NCBI GenBank assembly: GCA_903933995.1
Contig: CAIZMD010000746.1
Location: 1-33,705, forward strand
Reading direction: 5' to 3'
Length of the DNA: 33,705 bases
DNA from: an uncultured Bacteroidota bacterium
Lineage (GTDB): Bacteria > Bacteroidota > Bacteroidia > Chitinophagales > Chitinophagaceae
The notes under the pieces were generated by a model, which had not been told where the DNA came from, made no database searches, and worked only from the letters and a program-made list of their open reading frames with translations. This document shows positions 29,132-33,705 of this stretch, one piece after another (position 1 is the stretch's first letter; every line of letters starts with the position of its first letter). A program made the translations under genes and the position numbers.

Positions 29132-29599
29132 TTAAACCTTGAAGTGAGAGAAAGCCTTGTTGGCTTCTGCCATACGGTGGGTATCTTCTTTCTTTTTGAA
29201 AGCGGCACCTTCACCCTTTGCTGCTGCCATGATCTCATTGGCTAATTTGTCAGCCATTGTTCTACCATTTCTTTCGCGGCTAAAACGGATCAACCATTTC
29301 ATGCTCAAAGAAATTTTACGGTCTGCACGAACTTCAGAAGGAATCTGGAAAGTTGCACCACCAATTCTACGGCTACGTACTTCTACAGCAGGTGTAACAT
29401 TGGCAATTGCTTTTTTCCAAACCTCATATCCGTCTTCTCCGGTGGTTTTGGTCACTTTATCAACTGCATCATAGAAAATGTTGATAGCAGTAGATTTTTT
29501 ACCTTGCCACATTAAGTTATTGATAAAACGGGTAACCAACTTATCGTTGAAACGTCCGTCTGGTGCTAAAGGTAATTTTTTGGCTTGTGCTTTACGCAT
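29132..29599 (-). CDS. rpsG: 30S ribosomal protein uS7
   Basis: GKKS, EVRSRRIGGATFQIP and HRMAEANKAF. Confidence 0.99.
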   Translation of the reverse strand: MRKAQAKKLPLAPDGRFNDKLVTRFINNLMWQGKKSTAINIFYDAVDKVTKTTGEDGYEVWKKAIANVTPAVEVRSRRIGGATFQIPSEVRADRKISLSMKWLIRFSRERNGRTMADKLANEIMAAAKGEGAAFKKKEDTHRMAEANKAFSHFKV

Positions 29600-29666
29600 G
29601 ATTGCTAATTTTTAATTGGGCTGAATTTCTTCAAGTATTAAAACTTTACTCAGCTATATTAATAGA

Positions 29667-30047
29667 TTATTTCTTTGCTTTTTCTTTCTTGGTACCGTAT
29701 TTAGAACGGCTCTTCTTGCGGTCTTTCACACCTGCAGTATCCAAGCTACCGCGAACGATATGGTAACGCACACCTGGCAAATCCTTCACACGACCACCGC
29801 GAATCAACACGATGCTGTGCTCTTGAAGGTTATGTCCTTCACCGGGGATATAGGCGATAACTTCCACTTTGTTGGTCAAACGAACCTTAGCCACCTTACG
29901 CAAGGCAGAGTTTGGTTTCTTAGGAGTAGTTGTGTAAACCCTGGTACAAACACCACGGCGCTGAGGACATGCATCCAAAGCTCTTGATTTACTTTTAGCC
30001 CTGATTATTTCGCGACCTTTTCTAACTAATTGCTGTATTGTAGGCAT
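29667..30047 (-). CDS. rpsL: 30S ribosomal protein uS12
   Basis: [20 protein letters not shown] and [10 protein letters not shown]. Confidence 0.99.
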   Translation of the reverse strand: MPTIQQLVRKGREIIRAKSKSRALDACPQRRGVCTRVYTTTPKKPNSALRKVAKVRLTNKVEVIAYIPGEGHNLQEHSIVLIRGGRVKDLPGVRYHIVRGSLDTAGVKDRKKSRSKYGTKKEKAKK

Positions 30048-30073
30048 TCTAATCCGTTTAAAATTTCGGACGG

Positions 30074-30104
30074 CAAAGGTAATGGCTGAATGTGAAAAAC
30101 CAAA
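30074..30104 (-). promoter_or_regulatory. Bacteroidota housekeeping promoter for rpsL-rpsG
   Basis: TTTG-N19-TACCTTTG, a full match to the -33/-7 consensus. Confidence 0.85.
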
Positions 30105-30370
30105 ATGTTTTCAAAAGTTTTCCCCCAGTATTTTCAAAAATAGTTCAAAATGGGTGTTTTTTCACTTGAAACTGGGGATAAGTTCACCAAAAATAAGCTT
30201 GAATAGGTGGCTTCAAGCGCCAATTTTCTGAAAAAAAAAATTTTCAGTCCCGCTAAAAAACGGGAAGCCCCCACCCGTCAAACACGGATTTTGAGGCGTT
30301 TTTTAGCCCAATCTGGGTAAAACCCTTGTACTAGCTGGCTTGCACCCCTATTTTTCTAAAAAATCCATCT

Positions 30371-31597
30371 ATGAAAAAATACCTGACTTTATGGGTCTTG
30401 ATGGCAATTCCATCCCAGATACAAGCCCAAGACAGTCTATTAATGGCAGGCGATATAGCCATCATCGCCTTTCAGGCAGATAATAATGACCAATTTGTCT
30501 TTGTTAATTTGACAACCATTTATCCTGGCACCAAGATTCAATTTTCCGAGAAAGGATGGGATGGATCTTTGGCTACACCAGCTTTTTCTAGTAGTTCAGA
30601 AGCCATTCATGCTTGGAATAGCCCCAGTCATCCCCTACTACCAGGTACTTTTATTCGAGTTGATTTTAATAGTTCTGGTAGCAGTCCAGAGGTAAACTTA
30701 GGAACCGTTCAATCTACTGGGAATGCTGGTTTTGCAGCCTCCGGCGATCAATTAATTGCTTTTCAGGGTAGCCCCAACAACCCAAGGTTTCTGTATGCAC
30801 TCTCTTCAAATCCCTGGCTAAGTAGCGGAAGCCCAAGTTCCAATCAGTCTTGGCTACCCACAGGTTTGCTTAATGGAAGATCCGCTATGGATTTTTCCAA
30901 AGAAATGGATGACCAATACTTTTCCATCCCCATTACCATTGGTTCTAAGGATAGTGTTTTAGCCATCATTGGTAGACCACAAAACTGGTTTAGAACCAAT
31001 ACCAGGGTAGCACAAATACCAGAATGGCATTTTTATATTTTCAGGGGATATTATAGCAAACCCAATGGGAATTTGTCTGAGCTATCTACCTGGGGGTTGG
31101 AATTAGACGGGTCTGGCGCAGCTCCAACTAGTTTTGTGGATAGTGGTTATACTTTTTATTTAGTCAATAGAATTGGGTTACAAAGTTTGGATAGCAATTG
31201 GACTTTGAAAAGACTCTGCATAGGAAATGGCATTACACTAGCATTAAATGGATTTCTTTTAAGCATGCAAGACCTGGCTCAGGAAGGTTTGGGCAAATTA
31301 TTAGTAACCTCCAATGACCAGATTACCATCACAGGACAGTCTGGCCCTTTAATGTTGGAAGGCGATACCGCAACATTGAAAAAATTGGTATTGACTAGTG
31401 GCGCCATGATAGGACTAAGTACCGCTTTACAAATTCCAGGTGGACCCAATCCAGGCATGGTAAGTTTAGATGCTTTTGCAGTGTTGACGACGAATGACAA
31501 ACTCATTCTTTGTAGTAATGCACAAGGGTCGGCCAGTTTACAACAGCATGGAAAATCCTCGCAATTAATAGGCGCAGTGATTAATAAAAATTTCTAA
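30371..31597 (+). CDS. Secreted hypothetical protein resembling the N-terminal part of T9SS cargo proteins; no C-terminal sorting domain visible
   Basis: Signal peptide (..IQA-Q); AGDIAIIAF..D..DQF.FV....PGT.I.F...GW and SGDQLIAFQG module; YYSK..G.L...TWG...DGSG..P..F; LTTN..L.L.S...G.A near the end. Confidence 0.7.
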   Translation: MKKYLTLWVLMAIPSQIQAQDSLLMAGDIAIIAFQADNNDQFVFVNLTTIYPGTKIQFSEKGWDGSLATPAFSSSSEAIHAWNSPSHPLLPGTFIRVDFNSSGSSPEVNLGTVQSTGNAGFAASGDQLIAFQGSPNNPRFLYALSSNPWLSSGSPSSNQSWLPTGLLNGRSAMDFSKEMDDQYFSIPITIGSKDSVLAIIGRPQNWFRTNTRVAQIPEWHFYIFRGYYSKPNGNLSELSTWGLELDGSGAAPTSFVDSGYTFYLVNRIGLQSLDSNWTLKRLCIGNGITLALNGFLLSMQDLAQEGLGKLLVTSNDQITITGQSGPLMLEGDTATLKKLVLTSGAMIGLSTALQIPGGPNPGMVSLDAFAVLTTNDKLILCSNAQGSASLQQHGKSSQLIGAVINKNF

Positions 31598-31608
31598 TCC
31601 AACTAAGC

Positions 31609-31637
31609 AAAAAAAAGCCCCGAAAATTCGGGGCTTT
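31609..31637. terminator. Terminator between convergent genes (strong for ilvE)
   Basis: A8-gccccgaa-aa-ttcggggc-ttt. Confidence 0.85.
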
Positions 31638-31654
31638 AAAAATTTGAAGAAGGG

Positions 31655-32719
31655 TTACACTTTGAACATCCATCCATGGTTGTCTGCTACCCTACCCTCT
31701 TTAATATCATCCAACTGCTGTTTGATGGCTGGAGAAACGGTAAATTTCTCTAGGTCAAATGGCATGATATGTTCTTTGTATTTCAATTCCTTAATAGGGG
31801 CAATGGTAGCGGCAGTGCCGGTTCCAAACACTTCTTGTAATTGCCCTGACTGGTATGCTGCTACTAATTCGTCTACATTAATTTTACGCTCCTCTACCTT
31901 AATTCCCATTTCACCTAAGAGGGTCATCACAGACTTTCTAGTTACCCCATGCAAAATAGTTCCTTCTTCTAGTGAGGGAGTTACGGCTACGCCATTGATC
32001 AAGAAAAACACATTCATCATACCCACTTCTTGTAACCATTTGTGCTCGTGCGCATCGGTCCACAAAACTTGGTCATAGCCCATTTTATTGGCCATTTTTG
32101 CTGCCATCATACTACCTCCATAATTACCTGCATTTTTAGAGAATCCAACGCCACCAGGTGCTGCCCTTGTATAGTTTTCTTCTACCAAAATTTTCATGGG
32201 TTTAGCATAATAAGGACCAGTAGGACTTAAGATGATTAAGAATTTATAGCTCTCAGAAGGTCTCACTCCTAACATAGCGTCAGTTGAGAACATAAAGGGT
32301 CGAATGTATAAAGCGTGGTCCTTCATGTTTGGAATCCAGTCTTTGTCCAATTCAATTAATTGGCGCATGCCTTCCATAAAAATTGATTCAGGCACTTGTG
32401 GCATACACATTCTTTCTGCAGACAGATTGAATCTTTTAAAATTCTCTTCCGGTCTAAAAATGGCCGCTTCACCTGCTTGATTCTTATAAGCTTTAATCCC
32501 TTCAAAAATGGATTGTCCATAATGAATGGCTGCCAATGATGGGTCTAATTTTAAGGGTTGATAAGGTTTAATAGAAACATTAGTCCATGCACCGTTCTCG
32601 TAATCCGCCTCCAACATATGATCCGTGAAATATTTACCAAATGGAATATTTTCCAGACTCATCGTCAGCAATTTGCTTACCGCCACTTTTGTAATCTTTA
32701 TTCCAGCCGCTGCTACCAT
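31655..32719 (-). CDS. ilvE: Branched-chain amino acid aminotransferase
   Basis: FG..FTDHM, HYGQSIFEGIKAY, LYIRPF, PLP lysine in SKNAGNYG, EVGMMN, ILHGVTR and GTGTAA. Confidence 0.96.
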   Translation of the reverse strand: MVAAAGIKITKVAVSKLLTMSLENIPFGKYFTDHMLEADYENGAWTNVSIKPYQPLKLDPSLAAIHYGQSIFEGIKAYKNQAGEAAIFRPEENFKRFNLSAERMCMPQVPESIFMEGMRQLIELDKDWIPNMKDHALYIRPFMFSTDAMLGVRPSESYKFLIILSPTGPYYAKPMKILVEENYTRAAPGGVGFSKNAGNYGGSMMAAKMANKMGYDQVLWTDAHEHKWLQEVGMMNVFFLINGVAVTPSLEEGTILHGVTRKSVMTLLGEMGIKVEERKINVDELVAAYQSGQLQEVFGTGTAATIAPIKELKYKEHIMPFDLEKFTVSPAIKQQLDDIKEGRVADNHGWMFKV

Positions 32720-32785
32720 AGTTTTATATTTGCTGCAAATAAACGAAAAAAATAAAAGCTAACAATCGTTAATATTGTAAAACTT

Positions 32786-33520
32786 ATGTCAAACAACCCA
32801 ATCACCTTACCAGATTTTGTTATTGCCAATTTATATGGGAATAATTTGGTGGTGGGTTCAGACGTAGTTGCCAAGGAGAGAACAAAGTCCAATCCTGTTG
32901 AAAAAACAGTTGAGCCAATAGTTGCAAAGCAAGTAGAAAATATTCCTACAGCTCCTACAAAACAAACAGCCAGTATTTCAGCAGCACAAGTAAACCCTTC
33001 AGTGCCGAACACTGTTCCAGAAAAACCAGCAGATAAGATTCCAACGGTTCAAACAAAACCTGTTAGTCCAACTCCTGTTACTCCTAAAGCAACTGTAACT
33101 AATACAACAACGGAAACACCAAAACAATGGTTCTTGGGTAATAATGGCAAACAAATTACTGTGATGGTTAAGGAAGACACCGTTCCTTATATCAATGACA
33201 AACATTTACAATTCTTATCCAATGTGCTGAGTGCTTGTAAATTGAATCTGGGAGATATTGCGCTTGTAAATTACAACAACTATCCACTTGGATTTGATGA
33301 ACTCAGAGCAAAATCTAATCCAAAAATTGTATTAGTTTTTGACCTTTCTCCCAAAGAATTAAAATTACCTTTTACCATACCATTGTATCAAGTGCAAGAC
33401 TATGCACAGTGCCGTTTCTTGTTTGCCCCTTCTCTTACAAAAATGGAAGCTGACAATGCAGAAGCAAAGGCAGAAAAAACAAAACTCTGGAATAGTTTGA
33501 AAACACTATTTGGATTATAA
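32786..33520 (+). CDS. Hypothetical protein with a long Pro/Thr-rich linker and a C-terminal DNA polymerase III psi-like / degenerate UDG-like domain
   Basis: FL..VL.A.KL...D, P.....F and PSL..M...K..LW..L pattern recalls HolD and UDG-fold C-termini; recognised by eye only. Confidence 0.55.
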   Translation: MSNNPITLPDFVIANLYGNNLVVGSDVVAKERTKSNPVEKTVEPIVAKQVENIPTAPTKQTASISAAQVNPSVPNTVPEKPADKIPTVQTKPVSPTPVTPKATVTNTTTETPKQWFLGNNGKQITVMVKEDTVPYINDKHLQFLSNVLSACKLNLGDIALVNYNNYPLGFDELRAKSNPKIVLVFDLSPKELKLPFTIPLYQVQDYAQCRFLFAPSLTKMEADNAEAKAEKTKLWNSLKTLFGL

Positions 33521-33540
33521 TCCCGCCATAAAATATACTT

Positions 33541-33705
33541 ATGCCAATCCAACGCATTACTTTGGTATTTGCCACCAATAACCAAAACAAGGTTAAAGAA
33601 ATTAGATCCATATTAGCAGAACCCTTTGAGATTATTACATTAACGGAAGCTGGCATAGACATTGACATTCCTGAACCACATGATAGTTTGGAAGCGAATG
33701 CTTCA
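33541..33705 (+). CDS. rdgB: RdgB/HAM1-family non-canonical purine NTP pyrophosphatase, N-terminus; runs off the window edge
   Basis: Not in the ORF track; hand translation MPIQRITLVFATNNQNKVKEIRSIL...DIPEPHDSLEANAS shows the ATxNxxKxxE and E....L..NA HAM1 motifs. Confidence 0.9.
   Translation, partial: MPIQRITLVFATNNQNKVKEIRSILAEPFEIITLTEAGIDIDIPEPHDSLEANAS

Noticed and set aside
16455-29987. Many plus-strand ORFs antisense to ribosomal protein and fusA genes (e.g. 17074-17562, 26959-27471)
   Set aside because: Shadow ORFs of highly biased coding sequence with no recognisable motifs.
30048-30370. AT-rich intergenic region as a possible oriC
   Set aside because: Only one near-consensus DnaA-like box, no box cluster and no origin-associated genes nearby.
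1-33705. CRISPR arrays, tRNA/rRNA genes, transposases, integrases, defence systems
   Set aside because: No repeat-spacer periodicity, cloverleaf or matching ORF was seen; the intergenic gaps are short and accounted for.

Overview
Core chromosomal window from a Bacteroidota genome. A Chitinophagaceae-like source is an inference from protein style, TAnnTTTG promoters and SD-less A-rich start regions. The centre (13950-30047, minus strand) is the str-S10-spc ribosomal protein cluster: rpsL-rpsG | fusA | rpsJ ... rplO-secY-map. There is no tuf, and the usual infA-rpmJ-alpha operon continuation is absent. Left flank: a dual esterase / MFS / acyl-CoA ligase operon, a lipoprotein, an RND efflux pump, a CBS protein, a small KKDGTPDMR-repeat protein, an HI0933/YhiN flavoprotein and an M20 peptidase. 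Right flank: an apparently truncated T9SS-cargo-like protein, ilvE, a psi-like protein and the start of rdgB. I saw no mobile element, CRISPR array, tRNA or rRNA. The most interesting signals are cis-acting and lie in the ribosomal cluster: (i) a long hairpin over the rplE start carrying a 16S helix-21-like S8-binding motif, (ii) a perfect Nus boxA in the rpsJ (NusE) leader, (iii) a 304-nt densely structured rpsJ-rplC spacer, (iv) terminator-like hairpins bracketing rplO and secY, and (v) a DnaA-box-like TTATCCCCA motif upstream of all three cluster promoters. All structures were folded by eye and no searches were run.
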